Assembly: GCF_009914755.1 (NCBI RefSeq)
Contig: NC_060938.1
From: the human T2T-CHM13v2.0 reference genome, Homo sapiens
DNA: 64,000 bases
Strand: one strand, 5' to 3'
Shown: piece by piece, positions 32,100 to 47,480 of the stretch
Numbering within the stretch: the stretch's first letter is position 1
How the letters are laid out: each line of letters begins with the position of its first letter
The notes under the pieces: model-generated
The model's database searches: none
What the model was told of the DNA's origin: nothing
What the model saw: only the letters and a program-made list of their open reading frames with translations
Made by a program: the position numbers and the translations under genes

Positions 32100-32730
32100 C
32101 GGGGCCTCCGTGCCAGGCACTTTGGTAACAATTAAGCCATCACCTTGGATAGTATTTCACATGTGGTAGGCAGAAAAGGAAGCCCTCTAGACAAATTAGC
32201 TCATTTAATCCTCGTACAACCCTATGAACTACTCACAGGTACTAGTAACATTACCATTTTGCAGACAAGAATGGTGACACGTGGAGAGATTAAGTAGCCA
32301 ATTCAAGGTCACACAGCTAGTAATAACCAACTGGATTTGAACCCAGAGAATCTGGTTCCAGTAGCCATGCTCTCCTAGTGCTCAGGGTTGCCTGAGCTGA
32401 TAGTGACCATAGGAAAGCCTCTGAATGTCTTTTGCATGTATTCACTCATTCACTCACTCATTCATTCATTCATACAGCAGTGATTTGTTGAGCATCTACT
32501 ATGTACAAGGCGCCATACTAGGTACCAGGGAGACAAAGGTATGTAAAACAGACATAGGCTTAAGAGGGAGACTGACATCAATTTAACATTTTTATAAATT
32601 TATAGTAAATGCAAAATGTGATAAGTGACATGAAGGAGAAGTATTGGATCCCATGAAAGCACCTAGTACGAGAACCTCATCTGTTTGGTGAGGTCAAGGA
32701 AGGGTTCCCCGAGGAAGTGACAAATGAAGA
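32100..32730 (-). mobile_element. MIR followed by L2 3' end
   Basis: ctcatttaatcctc…aaggtcacacagctagta (MIR); (cattca)n…gttgagcatctactatg (L2 end). Confidence 0.75.
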
Positions 32731-32741
32731 AATAGCTTATA

Positions 32742-33545
<804 letters not shown>

Positions 33546-34646
33546 TAACAAAGGCCCCGAGGTGGGCAGGCGCAGGCACATTAGAGTACCCAAGGGGGGC
33601 CTGCAGGTGGGGCGGGAGTGGGGGTGGGGCTGGATGGTGGTTTACACTGGCCTTGCAGGCATGCTCAGCAGTTCAGCACGCATCATTTCCAGTCACCAGG
33701 AGGCCTGGCCAGAGGTTCCTCTGCCCTAAGAACCCTCAAGGAGTAGCAGGTCACCTGTGTGTCCAGGCTGGCCAAGTTACGTAAAAGCATGGAGATGACT
33801 ATGACAAAGGCTTCTAGAGGCCCCTGGTCACCTGATCTTGACCATGTTTTGACTTCCAGGAAGCACTAGTCAGACAGTGAATTCTGTTGCTGTGAAAATG
33901 CCTTAGTCCTCAATGCCGAGAGAGGAACCCCAGAGGGAAACACCTCCTTATCCTCAAGAAGCCTTTGCAAAGGGCCTGTGGGTCCTGTTTCCCCTTGGAT
34001 CGGTGCTAGCAAGGGACATTATCTGCTGAGCAGAGGGTTGCTAGAGGTGGCTTCTACCCTCCTCAGGAGGCAACCCTGAAACAGACACATTGCATTAAAG
34101 ACCCTGCGCAGCAGAAGGCAGGTATCACCCGCTGAGAGAGCTGGTTGGGTGGAGTCAACGTGAGCTGCTGGAGCTGGGCTCATTGCACAGGAAGGACTGG
34201 CTGCTAGTTCTTTGGCTAAGCCTGAACAGGCTGGGTGTGGTCACACCTGCTTGCTGGACATGTTAGCCCAGAAATACATCAAAATTGGTGACAACCAAAC
34301 AGCCCCCGACTCAGAGTCAAGTGGCATTTATGGGGTACCTACTATGTGCTAGACACTGTATGAGGCCCTTTCACAGGTGTTAGCTCTCTGGTAAAGCTCC
34401 CAAGTTTGCAGATCCCTTCTCCATCACCCTGTCTACAAGTGCAGATCAATCGTTAGTTCATGCTTGGTGCATCAGGACTCAGTGGCGAGCAGGACAGACA
34501 TGGTATTTTCAGGGGCAACACAGCGGGGGAAAACAAAGAGATATACATGTGCCAGATAAGGAGCTATTGGTTGTTTTTAGGGCCAACTGTGAGGGTTCCC
34601 AGTGCTTTGTATCAAGAATGACTTTCTTTTTAAGGGTCTCTTGTAG

Positions 34647-35022
<376 letters not shown>

Positions 35023-35084
35023 TGCTCACAGTTACTGTTAAACACCACAGTAGAACCTGCCAGTAGCTGAGCACACGCAGGGCG

Positions 35085-35135
35085 CCAGCCACTAGACAGC
35101 ATGGTTATCCAGCCACTAGACAGCATGGTTATCCA
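35085..35135. repeat. Perfect 24-bp tandem duplication
   Basis: CCAGCCACTAGACAGCATGGTTAT x2, then CCA. Confidence 0.97.
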
Positions 35136-35499
35136 TCTCACTTCCTCCTCTTTCCAGCTGCCCCGCCTCTCCATGGGGTTTTTCACAAGACGATCAGAGA
35201 TCCAGAGACCCAAAGGAAAGGGAGACAATGGGGATTGGAGGCCACGGGCTTTAGGGGAAGGTAGGGGGCAAAAAATAGAGCATATGCAAAGCCCTGTCCT
35301 TGTTACTTCCCTCCCCAATCTCCACCACCACCCAACTGGCATATGAACTTGTTCTTCTTGTATACAGCTCTGAGCAAAGCACCATATGGCAGTTTCATCA
35401 GGCCCACGGCCTGGTTTCCATCCAGCCCACTCTAATTTCCTTCCAGTCATGGATCTGCAGAATAACCCATCCTGTGGAAGGAGCTCAGAGGAAGAAAAA

Positions 35500-35710
35500 G
35501 ATAACAATAACAGTAAAGATATACAGAGCACAAACCACAGCGGGGAGCTGTTCCAATTATGTGTATGTTTGACGCTTGCAACAGCTCTAGGAATATCGCT
35601 GTTAGCATCCCCATTTTATAGATGACAAAACTGGGAGACAGATGTTCCGAGACATTCTCAAGGTCACATGGCTAGTGATGACAGAGCTGGGATGGGAGCC
35701 ATGTTAACCG
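35500..35710 (-). mobile_element. MIR
   Basis: catccccattttatagatgacaaaactg…aaggtcacatggctagt. Confidence 0.72.
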
Positions 35711-37249
35711 TCAGACTTTGCTGATTCGCTGAATCTTGGCTAAAAGATGTTGGCAGGAAGGGCTGAGAGCTTAGAAGAAGGGGTCCTCCCGGTCTGGCTG
35801 GGACAGGGTGATGCCAGCAAAAAGGCCCCTAAATCCACAAGCAGGGGAGGGGCGGGGTCAAGGCCCGGCTGACCTGACTCCAGCAAGCAGGGTCTGAGCT
35901 CCATAAGTGGAGGTGTCAGGGAAGCATGCAGAGGACTGGGAAGCAAGGAAGACCCCTGGAAGCAGCCCCCGCAGAGGAGGGTCAGGGAGGGCTGGGGGGC
36001 CCCCAGGAGCCCCAGGAGCTTGTCCCTCTTTGGGCTTCCTTCCGTGGCTAGGTTCTCTGCTCACCAGGAGTAAAGGGTAAGCATCCTCTCTGAGCCTGCA
36101 GAGCAGCAAGCCTGCACTGAGGCATTGTAGGAATGAGTGGCCCCTGGGATGGAAGGACCTGGGTATGGGTCTCAGCTCCATATCTTTGGGTTGTGTGGCC
36201 AAATCACACCCCATCACTCCCATGTCTGTGAGCCTCATCTATAGGGCAGTTAAGGAATGTGAATGGGCTGAAGTATCAGGAAACCAGCTGGGATCCTATC
36301 TCAGAAGAGGTGTATAGTACATGATCGTGCCCCTAGCCCCCATTCTTCCTTCTAGAACAAGGAAGGAGAAAACAAAGGCTCCCCGGGCAGTGAAGGCTGG
36401 GCCCTTGGTAGGCTTGGCAACCATGCAATCTCTAGAATGGAAGGGCTCCTCCCTCAGAGCACAGCCCTGGAGAGTCACAGCTGTTGCCCTGGGTCTGGCA
36501 GGACGAGGGAGGCAGTGCCAGGCTAGATAGAGAGTTTGAGGGACTCTAGGTTGGCAGTGGGGACTGTCATGCCCTGGCTCCTTTAGGATTCACAGGCCAG
36601 AGTGGTGGCTGTAGCCTAGTCCTCACTGCCAGAGACCCCACACCACAGTGGAGCCTGCACCAGGCACAGAGGCAGGAGGCAGAGCCATGCTTGCCCCTTT
36701 CTGCCATCCCTAGGATGCTAGAGGTAGCATCCTCCCAGCATGCTGGCAGGTGCGAGAAGGAGCTTTACTTGATGTAGCGACACCCCTGCTTCCCCCTGAG
36801 CCTTTGGGTTCCTTCCCACTTATGTCCCCTGCTGCGGGTCCACATGAGGGGCTTCTCACCCCGAGGCTGCCTCTACAGTGTCCACTGGACAACCTGGCCA
36901 CCGCAGCCCCAGACTCAGATCACAAGGCCAGGATGGGCCTAGGATGCTTTGACCCTTCCAGCACAGCAGGAGCCTTTTGATGTGGGTCCAGGCAATGTCC
37001 AGCTCTCCTGCCCAGGGCTCGTTCTTGGAGAGTAAATGGGAAGGAACTTTGGAGGGAGCTGCTCTCCGTAGGAGATGATAAAAAATGGGAATTTGGGAAT
37101 TTGGGGAAGGATTTGACGGATAAGGGAGTTAGGTAACAGGCAAAGAAGAAAGGAGGGAAGTTTCTTTTTCTTTTTTTATTTTTACACAATTTTTTTTTCC
37201 CTCCCTGGGGAAAAAATGTGAGCACAGAGGTAAAGAGAGAAGAAAAGTG

Positions 37250-37560
37250 AGCCAGGCGCGGTGGCTCACACTTGTAATCCCGGCACTTTGGGAGGCCGAG
37301 GCGGGTGGATAACTTGAGGTCAGGCGTTCAAGACCAGCCTGGCCAACATGGTGAAACCCCATCTCTACTAAAAATACAAAAATTACCCGGGTGTATTGGT
37401 GCGTGCCTGTAATCCTAGCTACTCGGGAGGCAGAGGCAGGAGAATCGCTTGAACTCGGGAGGCAGAGGTTGGAGTGAGCTATCTTGCCACTGCATTCCAG
37501 CCTGGGTGACAGGTGACAAAGCAAGAATCTGTCTCAAAAAAAAAAAGAAAGAAAGAAAGA
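37250..37560 (+). mobile_element. AluS
   Basis: TSD AAGAAAAGTGA at 37240-37250 and 37561-37571. Confidence 0.94.
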
Positions 37561-37599
37561 AAGAAAAGTGAAAAATTCCTTTTATTCCATTTCCGGCCA

Positions 37600-38290
37600 A
37601 TATCACCGTTTTCCCCAATCATCCCAGACTTCTGGGCGTTTACATGCATAATACATGTATGTACCCAGGGGGATGATGTCAAGATCTTTGTTTTGCTTTG
37701 ATTTTACATGAAGGGGATCATGCTGACCACATTGCTTTGCAACTTTTCCCCCATAATTGTATATTCTGGACATTTTCTCATGTCAACAAAAATAGGACTT
37801 CCTCTTTTTTTTTTTTTCTTTCTTCTAGAGATGCGGTTTCACTCTGTTGCCCAGGCTAGAGTGCACTAATACAATCATAGCTTACTGCACCCTCAACCTC
37901 CTGGGCTCAAGCAATCCTCCTGCCTCAGCCTCATGAGTAGCTGGGACTACAGGTGAGCACCACCACACCTGGCTATCCTCATTTTTTGTTTTTAACCTCT
38001 ACCTAATATTCCATGCGTGCCTGTAACACAGTTGATTCAACCACGCCCCTCTCACTCCCCCTCACTCAGGGTCCCAGCTCTAGAGGGCATGGGTCAAAAG
38101 GTGTTCATGGTAAATGGTGCCTCTGCACAATTCCAGGGGATGCCATCCACACCCAGAATGCAGCAGCCCTGCCTGATGAAGAGATAAGGTGGCTCCAGTT
38201 TTTACCATACAAACAATTCTGCACCGAGCATGCTCACCCATGTCTCTTTGTGCACATGTGTGAGTGGTTCTCCAGGCATTGATGATTCAG
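37600..38290 (-). mobile_element. Old L1M fragments with an Alu monomer (37805-37974)
   Basis: L1ME-like antisense 3' text; FLAM/FRAM-like monomer. Confidence 0.6.
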
Positions 38291-39165
38291 GGTGGAGCTG
38301 GAGGGCAGAAGTGCATGCTTCCGACATTTCAGGGACCTTGCCATGGTGTGGGAGGGCAGCCTGGGGTTCCTAAGCCCCTTCAGCCTCTGCTGAACCAGGT
38401 TGCCTAGCATACATCCATCATGTGGCTGCCGGCTGGGCCGCTGCTTCCAGGAAATCAATTGCAAAAACCTGCGATTGTCAGTGGCTCACACACTGGAGGC
38501 CATCCAGGGAGTAGATTAAATTGTATGAAAAAATAGTACAGGGCTCAAGACCGCTCGTAATGGAGACCCCTCGGTGACCTTTCTGCAGAAGTTAAAAGAA
38601 CACAGGCAGACATACTCTCACCCTTGCTCACCAACGTGCTAGCCCGCCTGCCAGGAGCATAGCCCCTCTGCCCTTGGAGGAGCCGCGCCTCATTAGCAGG
38701 AAGTGGGAGGCCTGGTCCAGGGCCCAGTCTGCCTGTGCATGGCAAGAAGGCCAGCAGGAGCACCTGCTTCCCTGCAGGGTGGACCCAAGTTGACCATCAG
38801 GCCTTAGATGCTTAAGGTCACTGAGCCCCCCTTCTCCATGCCAGCCCTCTTCTGCTTCCCATGCAGGCACCACTGTGGACCCCTGCTCTGCGCCCCCAGG
38901 AGGAGTGGGACTGCTTCAAGGGCAGCCTGGAGGAAAGAGGTGTGGTGTGAACACATACAACATGTTCCTTAACCAGGAAGGCGACTGGAGTCTTTACCTG
39001 GTTTCAAAGCAGCCAAGCCTAGAGGCCCCCACCCCTTGTTCTTTATTATGATTGCCCTTTGACCCCAACCCCCCAATTCTTTCCTCTCCAGATCCCCAGC
39101 CATGCATACTCCAACTTGGTTCTGCAAAGAATACCCAGCCACAGCTGTGAACTTGGGGAAACACA

Positions 39166-39173
39166 TTTTTTCT

Positions 39174-39206
<33 letters not shown>

Positions 39207-39480
39207 AGAGGGAGTCTCACTCTGTTGCCCAGGCTGAGGTACAGTGGCGTGATCTTGACTCACTGCAACCTCCACCTCCCAGGTTCAAGCAATTCTTCTG
39301 CCTAAGCCTCCTGAGTAGCTAGGACTACAGGCATGTGCCACCACCCCCAGCTAATTTTTGTATTTTTAGTAGAGATGGGGTTTCACCATGCTGGCCAGGC
39401 TGGGCTTGAACTCCTGGCCTCAAGCAGTCCTCTCACCTTGCCTCCCAAGGTGCTAGGATTATAGGCTTGAGCCACCATGC
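39166..39480 (-). mobile_element. AluS/J
   Basis: Alu dimer. Confidence 0.92.
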
Positions 39481-39559
39481 ATGTGCACGGCCAGCACATT
39501 CATTTTCTATACATAACTGTCTCCCAGCTCTTCAGGCCAACTTACCTGATAATGATAAA

Positions 39560-39800
39560 AATAACTAAGCTGCCATGGATTGGGCAGTGTGCCAAGTGCT
39601 CCATGTATATTACCTTACTTAGTTTTCACAAACTCTATGAGGTAGGTACCACTATTATTTACAGGTGAGGAAATGGAGGCTCAGAGAGGTTAAGTGAATT
39701 GATCCAGGCCACACAGCTGGTAAGCGCCAGAGCCACTAGTGGACGCCAGGTCCAGCCAGCCCCCAGAGCCCATGTGCTGAGCCACTGTGCTATACTGACT
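39560..39800 (-). mobile_element. MIR
   Basis: acaggtgaggaaatggaggctcagagaggttaagtgaattg core. Confidence 0.85.
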
Positions 39801-40929
39801 CCCACTTAATTCTCTCTTCTGGGTTGTCCCAAAGACCAAGTTCGGCTGGCCAATTTTCCAGGACCATCTCTCATGGCACCTGGAGGCTTGTAGGTTCCTG
39901 GAGGACTCTCACACCTCCTTCCCACCCTTCTCCAGATTCTCCAACTCCCTCTTGAGCAGACCCGGCCCCACTCTGGGGCACCCTGCCTTCCTGGGACCTG
40001 TCGTAACAGTCACCCACTCTGCCAGGGCCTGGCTGACCCAGGCTGGGGACCGTGGGACCCCTCTGGGCAGTGCCCCCCTACCTGGGCCCAGGTGGGTATG
40101 GATTTCTTTCTTCTGGGCCATTGCACCCGCCAGAAGGTGCGGTGGGAGAGGCAGGCCCACATTTCAGAGGGCCTTGCTGCCCCCATGTGGCATGAGGCTG
40201 TAGCGGCTGCAGCCTCCTCTTCCCTCCCTCCTGCCACTGCTCCCGAAGCCAAGGCTTTTGCAGGGTTGAAAAGGAAGAGAAAGAGGAGAAGCAGGAATGT
40301 GAGAGAAATGAGGCAGAGGGATGGGCTAGGGAAGAGAGAAGCCCTTCTGCGTTACCTGGAAATGCAGCAACAATAATAACAAAGCCAATGTTAGGAATGT
40401 TTAAAGGCAGCTGCCACATAGCACTTTTTATAGCTTGTAGACTCTCTCATTTAATCCTGGCACTTACATCAATCTGATTAGTAGCTATTATTAGTTTTAT
40501 AGGTGATGATCCAAGGCGCAATTATTTGTTCCCCAGCTAGTAGGTGACAGAGCCCAGATTGAATCTGACTCCAGAACCCTAACCACGATATTCCCCTGTC
40601 TAGAAGGAGCCAGTTCTCTCCTGCAACCCCCACTGCTCAGCCTCTAGGAGTTCCAGCCACCAGCCACCTGCACCCTCCCTTCCATGTGGCTTTGCCCTCT
40701 GTTCTTCTCCTCTCCACTCTCTCTCCAAGGTCCAAGTGGTCAAGGTCATCCCAAGGGTCTGCTGGGACCGTGTGTCCTTATTCTGTGCCTTGCTGGTCGC
40801 CAACCTTCCCCATCTGCCAAGGACTGATGTCCAGCCCAGGCCCAGGTGCAGGTGCCCAGGTCATTTTTGCCACTGAGTAAAGGGAGACAGAATGACAGGG
40901 TAAATTACCAACCACCAGAACACCATGGA

Positions 40930-41210
40930 GCCAATAGCATCAATGCAAGTGAAGTATATTTATCTGTTGGCCTGAAAACATGTCCTAGTATATTGTCCCA
41001 TTAAGCAAAAAGCAGGTTATAAAGCTGTGTACATTAAGAAACATTTTATAAGTGAAACAAAAGTATTCTCCGTTTCTATGCAGAGAAAAAGGATATTTGC
41101 CAAGATGTTAACAGATTATTTTTGCTGTCTTCTCTTGGCTTATTTTTGTTTTCTCTTTTTCAATGAACACCAATTAGTCACATGATTTTAAAAAGCAATA
41201 AAAATAAACC
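40930..41210 (+). mobile_element. L1M 3' end with tandem AATAAA
   Basis: aaaaagcaggttata…ccaagatgttaacag…caatgaac…AATAAA (41197, 41203). Confidence 0.6.
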
Positions 41211-42770
41211 AATCCCAGACGGATTGTACTTCTTCCTGTCCTCATTTCTACCCCGAGTCTCCAAAAAAAAAAAAAAAAAAAAGAAGAAAGAAAAAAAAAA
41301 TCACAGTGCCACATGCCCAGACCTTCCCTTCTCCCTCCTATCATTTCAATAACTCAGCTGGGTAGGGAGCGTCTCTACCTACCCCAGGAAGCCTTCTGAA
41401 CTTGACTGACAGGAGAAGCCCATGCCCCAGGGGCATTTTCTCACTGACCATGCCAGGGCCCTGGAGGACAAGCCAGAGCTGTCCATGGCATTGCTCCTGC
41501 AGGTGATGCTGCCTTCTGAGGGCAAAGCGCTCTGGGACGGGTCGGCCCCGCTCACGTGGGTGTGCAGCCCCAGGGCAGTGGAACAGTGCAGAATCCTCGC
41601 TCCACTGCTGAGGTTACTATGGGCAACATCTTGGCAAAATGAAGAGTGAGGGGGAAGAAATCACAGAAGCTCCTGATCATCCATGAAAGAAAAAGCAGTG
41701 CCTCAGGACTGGGCTATGCCAGTGCCTTCCAGAAGGCTTTGAAGAAACTGGGAAGGAGATGGGGACTGGCACTTCCTGGGCATCTACTATGTACGTGCCC
41801 TCACAGACGTGATCTCACCCCTCATTACACACCTCCCATGGTACGGATGATGCCACTGAGGCACAGGAGGCACACATCCACACCAGACCATAGGTGCCTT
41901 GGCTTCTAGTGTCTCTGCTGCTTAACGTGGTGTCCTGGAAACGTCTCTGGATAGAAACACTGGTATCTTCTGGAAGCGTCTTCTCCTCCCCGTGCGGTAC
42001 ATTGCTCAGACTCCATAGAAGGCCAGCTCTCCTAGAGCCACAGAAACTCCTCCATTCTGGAGCAGGAGCTAGGCACATTCCCAGAAGGGGGCTGCCCCTC
42101 CTGAGCCCTTGCTAGTTTAATGATATAAGTTGTTGCTAACTTCATCCTATCTGCCTTTAAAATAGCAGCCATCAGAAAGGCAGCCCAGAGAGCTGGCCTG
42201 CAACCCAGCAGAGCCTAAAGGGGGCCTGTAATGTCACGCCGACCCCATCTTCAAATCACACTCCCTGTGGTGGCCATCCCTAGAGACCTACAAACAAAAG
42301 CTCCTGTTCTTGGCAAGCCTCTTACAAGCAGGACAGATGCAGGAATTGGGAGTCAGAAGACCACGGTGTTCTTCCAGCTCTGAGCCCAACCATCTGGGTC
42401 ACCTTAGCTGAGCTGCTCCTTCATGTCCCCAACCCTTCTGTTCATACAGCATGATGGTGTAGAAAGGGGTCCAAAGGGTGTTGCTGAAGAATGCTCAGCC
42501 CCCTGGCGCTGTGTCTGTACTAAATAAAAGTCTGGTAACAGATTCCAAGTCCCTGAGTATCCTGGTTTGGCTGTACTCAGTCGAAGCGTGATTGATAGTG
42601 ACATCCTGTGGACACAATAGGTAACTGCATCAGCTTGGACAGAAGCCAGAGGATGACATCCAGCTTCCCTCATTACATGGAGAGGAGCTGATTGCAATTA
42701 ATCACACTCATCATCTTACACAGGGAGCTGTCTTAGAGCTGGGAAAAAAAATTAGAAAAACAACCTTCAA

Positions 42771-43075
<305 letters not shown>

Positions 43076-43388
43076 TCAAGCCACAGATTTCTCTGCCATC
43101 ATCCTCCAAGTTACATCTATTTCGTTTAAATTTGTCTGTCTTCAAATACTGACCTGATACAAGAGTCTAGTGACCATGGAGGGAAAGTAATGTCAATAGC
43201 AATGTTAATAGCAGAAAGATGTAATGGGCAGTTTACTCTTGCCATGAATTTCACATGCATTATCTCATTTAATCTTCCCCCAAACCCAAGGAGGTACATG
43301 TTCTTATCCCCAATTTTCAGATGAAGAACCTGAGATGCGGTGCACAAGGAAAAGCTATGTTTCAAACCTGGACAATCTGTCACCCGCC

Positions 43389-43829
43389 TGTCTTAGTCCA
43401 TTTCGTGTTGCCATAACAGGATACCTGAGACGGGGTAATTTATAAAGAAGAGAGGTTTATTCAGCTTACAGATCTGTTGGCTGGGAGAATCAAGAAGCAT
43501 GGCCTCAGCATCTGCTCAGCCTCTGGTGAGGGCTGCGACATACAGAAGGTCAAAGGGAGAGTGAACACTTGCAAAGAAGGGAAAACCCAAGGGGCATCCT
43601 GGCTTTATAACAACCCACTGTCTTGGGAACAAATCCATTCCTACAAGAATCCAGTCTTGCCAGGGTGAAAACTCACTCTCCACTGTGAGGATGGCACTAA
43701 GCCCTTCATGAGAGATCTGCCCCCATGACCCAGACACCTCCCACTAGGCCCCACCTCCCACCACCACCACACCGAGGGTCAAATTTCAACATGAGTTTAG
43801 GTTGACGCAACCATATCCAAACCACAGTA
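43389..43829 (-). mobile_element. MST (ERVL-MaLR) solo LTR
   Basis: tgtcttagtccattt…gtaatttataaagaagagaggtttatt…ccactaggccccacctcc…aaatttcaacatgag. Confidence 0.85.
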
Positions 43830-44336
43830 GACTCCATTCCCTTTAATCACCACTTTATGCACCTTCACTGCCTCTTGTGTCTACCTGGCCCACCCCATGC
43901 CATGGTAATCCCTCCTTCCTAGAACACTGGAGAAAATTCCACTTCCTGGGATACTGGCTTGAATTCTCCAGACTGAGTACCTCTGAGTCACCTTCTGTGG
44001 CAGCAAGGAGGAGGTGGATAGGAGGAGCTTTAGGGTTAGACAGGCCTGGGTTGGAATCCCAGCTCTGTGCCTCGCTGTCACTAGCTGTGTGTCCTGGGGC
44101 TTGTTCTTGAACTTCACTTTCCTAGATTGCCAAGTGTGGCCCATGATCCCTTGCCTTGAGAGGGTGTTGTGAAGATTAGAGAAATCACTTGCTGCTGAGT
44201 AGATGCTCAAGAAGTGAAGGCTGTTCTCGTTGGCAAGATGTGCAATTTGACCTTGGGAGGAGCCAGCCTGGAGATTTCAGCAGGTGTCAAATTCTGATCT
44301 AACCTGTTTAGAAAACACCACTACTAAGAAGGGCTA

Positions 44337-44577
<241 letters not shown>

Positions 44578-45116
44578 GAAGGGCTGGGATTCAGATGGAG
44601 GAGAAGGCCAGCCTTCTTGCCCTGAGGCTTATGATGTTTCAGAGGGGGCTTGCTGATCTATCAGGGTTCAAAGGATCTCCAAAGGGAGTTATTTAGCTAA
44701 GATGGCAGAGCAGAAACAAGATTCCAAGACTTTGTACCCTGCCTTTCCATAGAGAAATTATTATTCAAAGAGTAGTATCCCAGCAGGATTCAAGTTCATG
44801 CCTCCAGGTATCTTTAGAGACCCTGGTACCATGAGCCAGCCTCTGTGTAGTTCAGGAAGCGCAAATTCAAGACTAGAAGTGGGGTGTCTGGATTCTAGTT
44901 CCAGCTCTACCTCCCACTGTTCTTGCAGACTCTTGAACTTGGTCCTCTTCTTGTCTCTTCAAGGTCATACCACTGAATGCTTCTCCTCTTCAGTGCCTCA
45001 GTGATGTCTCTCTTTTCCCTTCCCTGCAAAGCAGTGCTGTCCTTCTTGCCCATAGTGCTCTACTAGCAGAGACCATAATGACCACTGGTTAAGTGATTAA
45101 GAACAGGGCTGTTCAT

Positions 45117-45390
<274 letters not shown>

Positions 45391-45625
45391 GACTGTTCAT
45401 TTCTATAGCCCCAGTCTCTAATATGGCATCTGACACATGGAAAGTGCTCACTGGTGAAAGAGTAAGTGGGACAACTCACTATAAATGGCTGTGGGGCCCA
45501 TTGCTGGAAATATCCCCAGAGAGAATAGCACTGGGGCCCCTAACCATTCCAAGTAATGTTTAAGAATTATAATATGGAACTCTTTCTGTTCCAAGTTACA
45601 CTGAGGCCCCAATATGACAGATATC

Positions 45626-46628
45626 AGTATTAGTTATCTATTGCTACATAACAGATTACCTCAAAATTTAGTAGCTTAAAACAATAATAAACATTTATTA
45701 TCTCAGTTTCTCTTGATGAGGAATTGGGGAGTGGCTTAGCTGGTGTTCTGGCTTAGGGTTTCTCATGAGGTTACAGTCAAAATGTCAAGTAGGGATGCAG
45801 TCATTTGAAGGCTTGACTGGGGCCGTATGATCTGCATCTAAGATGGCACGCTCACATGGCCAGCAAGATGGTGCTGGCTACTGGCAGGAGGCCTCAGTTC
45901 CTTGCCATGTGGACCTCTCCATGGACCTCCCTGAGTAGCTTCATGACATGGCAGCTGACTTCTCCCAGAATGAGTGGTTCAAGAGAGCAGGGAGGAGGTC
46001 ACAATGTCTCTTATGACTATATTAGATCCACAGGGCTGCTGTAACAAAGTACCACAAGCAAGATAACTTAACAGAAATTTACTCTTTCACAGTTCTGGGG
46101 GCCAGAAGTCTGAAACCACATTGTCAGCAGGGTCAGAACGGTGGCACATGGAAGGTGCTCATTGGTGAAACAATGAGTGGGAAAGAATAAATCATTCCTT
46201 GCCTCTTCCAACTTCTGACGGCCGCAGATGTTTCTTGGCTTGTGGCTGTATCATTCCAATCTCTGTCTCCATCTTCACACGGCCTTCTCCCTTGTGTCTG
46301 TCTACTCTTTGTCTCTCTCTCCTTATGAGAACACCAGTCATTGGATGTAGGGCCCACTCTAGTCAAGAACAACCCTTGATTACAACTGCGAAGACTATTT
46401 CCAGAAAAGGTCACATTTATAGGCCCTGGGGGTTAGGGCTGCAACATATCTTCTGGGGGACATCATTAAACACACAACAATGACCTAGCCTCAGAAGATG
46501 CATGCCATCAGCTCTGCAATAGCAAGTGGCTACAAGGGTCGGCCCTGTTCACGGAGGGAGGAGACACAATGATGTGAATACCAGGAGATGGGGACAATGA
46601 GGGGCCATTGTGGAAGCAGGCTACCACA
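45626..46628 (-). mobile_element. MLT1 (E-G class) solo LTR containing a nested MLT1 LTR
   Basis: (t>a)gtattagttatctattgct…ggctaccaca; 5-bp TSD ATATC at 45621-45625 and 46629-46633. Confidence 0.82.
46018..46479 (-). mobile_element. MLT1 (B-D class) solo LTR nested in the older LTR
   Basis: agggctgctgtaacaaagtaccacaa…cacagttctggggg…acaaca; 5-bp TSD ATGAC at 46013-46017 and 46480-46484. Confidence 0.85.
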
Positions 46629-47042
46629 ATATCATCAGATAGCAAACTGAACATGAGACAGACTCCCATATGTAGTATTTACAAAGGAAATAATGGGGAA
46701 CCAGTTGCATAGCACTCAGGGCCCTCAGCCTACCAACAATATAGAGTGTGGAGAATGGGGAGAGTTTGGAAATAGAAACTTCCAGAAAGGGCAAAGCCAT
46801 GCTGTAAGCTACCCCACCAAGGAGTTAGGGGCCCTACTGCTTTCAACTCAAGCCTAGTGATGGGGGCTTCCATGCAGCCACTTGGAGCTGTGGGCCCCCA
46901 TGGGACTGTGCCAGGAGGGACTGCATTAGGATGAGTGAAGGGGCTGTGTGAGTTCTTCCCATGGGCCACATGTGGATCAGATGGACCATGGCAGGAGAGA
47001 GGGCCAAGGTGGGGGTCATTTTAAGTCCTGTAGGGCCTCTGA

Positions 47043-47480
<438 letters not shown>

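Noticed and set aside
35085-35135. Direct repeats (here and at 28135-28246) resembling a CRISPR repeat-spacer unit
   Set aside because: Only two copies each, no array, no cas genes, and the DNA is clearly primate.
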